DNA of 5,969 nucleotides from a virus (Duplodnaviria; Heunggongvirae; Uroviricota; Caudoviricetes): IMG/VR virus record IMGVR_UViG_2703718816_000007; one strand, 5' to 3'. Shown piece by piece: positions 5,430 to 5,969 of this stretch (position 1 is its first letter; each line of letters starts with the position of its first letter). The notes under the pieces were generated by a model. It saw only the letters and a program-made list of their open reading frames with translations, ran no database searches and was not told where the DNA came from. The position numbers and the translations under genes were made by a program.

Positions 5430-5969
5430 TTTTCAGAATACCTCTCCCGTTTACTCAGTTGTTCAGGTATATGGTGAAGCAGCTCACCGTTGCCACAGTA
5501 AATGGCGGCATGATTCGGCACCGATGCGCCAAAGCAGCACAGCAGGATATCGCCTGCCTGTGCCGAGGACAGGGGCACCCGGTAAAAACCAGTGGCCTCC
5601 ATATTGTCCAGATACAGGTTCTGGCCATTGCGCCACCACTCATCCTCGCGGTGAAAATCCGGCATTTCAATCCCCGCCAGATGATAAGCATCCCGGAACA
5701 GCGTGTAACAGTCCGTCACACCGTGTTCAAAACGACGCCCGGTCAGGTGCGGCACACAGCGGAATTTATGAATGTCCCCCCGGCAGACCAGCCACCAGGG
5801 CAGGGCACTCTTTATCTGCAGCCGCCGGTCCACCTCGCTCAGCCAGGGCAGACCACCGGGATGACTGTGTACCAGCGCCACAATCTCCCCCTGCATCTGT
5901 GCCCGCAGCCAGTCTTCCGGGGCAATACGAAAATATGCCTCAGGCTCTGCAGAGATATTCACGCACGGC
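5327..5969 (-). CDS. K: Tail assembly protein K (MPN/JAMM plus NlpC/P60-like domains); 5' end lies beyond the window end
   Basis: Track ORF 5327..5962 begins at an internal GTG, and the frame stays open to the window edge (…PC-VNISAEPEA…). It contains the JAMM motif HSHPGGLPWLSEVD (H-x-H-x7-S-x2-D), followed by an NlpC/P60-like Cys (GVTDCYTLF) and His (VPNHAAIY). Matches my recollection of lambda K. Stop at 5327..5329. Confidence 0.9.
   Translation of the reverse strand, partial: PCVNISAEPEAYFRIAPEDWLRAQMQGEIVALVHSHPGGLPWLSEVDRRLQIKSALPWWLVCRGDIHKFRCVPHLTGRRFEHGVTDCYTLFRDAYHLAGIEMPDFHREDEWWRNGQNLYLDNMEATGFYRVPLSSAQAGDILLCCFGASVPNHAAIYCGNGELLHHIPEQLSKRERYSEKWQRRTHSVWRHRHWSASAFTGIYNDLAAASACM

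Noticed and set aside
4913-5691. ORFs 4913..5173 (minus), 4915..5121 (plus), 5163..5363 (plus) and 5455..5691 (minus)
   Set aside because: Alternate-frame or antisense ORFs inside the well-supported I and K genes.
1-5969. tRNA, rRNA or CRISPR array
   Set aside because: No cloverleaf-like structured region outside coding sequence and no regularly spaced short repeats were seen. The only repeats are the J 5' duplication and short palindromes.

Overview
This window is the distal tail-gene block of a lambda-like (lambdoid) prophage from an enterobacterial genome, read entirely on the minus strand in the order K (partial) -> I -> J -> lom (partial). All family assignments come from my recollection of the phage lambda proteins and from motifs visible in the translations; no database search was run. 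J is split by an assembly gap (run of N at 2559..2661), which is why the ORF track shows it as two ORFs in different frames. The main finding is an AT-rich accessory insertion of about 1.15 kb between I and J (about 3628..4781), where lambda, as I recall it, has only a short I-J intergenic gap. It holds (a) one roughly 172-codon gene of unrecognised function (3788..4306, minus strand), (b) a 114-bp near-perfect direct duplication of the first 38 codons of J that leaves a truncated J' remnant upstream of the cargo gene, (c) hairpin terminators just upstream of both J start copies, and (d) a 236-bp spacer after I with a convergent promoter/terminator pair and a 41-codon ORF. I saw no tRNA, rRNA, CRISPR array, IS element or integrase. 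Plus-strand ORFs in the track are judged antisense artefacts of the GC-rich tail genes.
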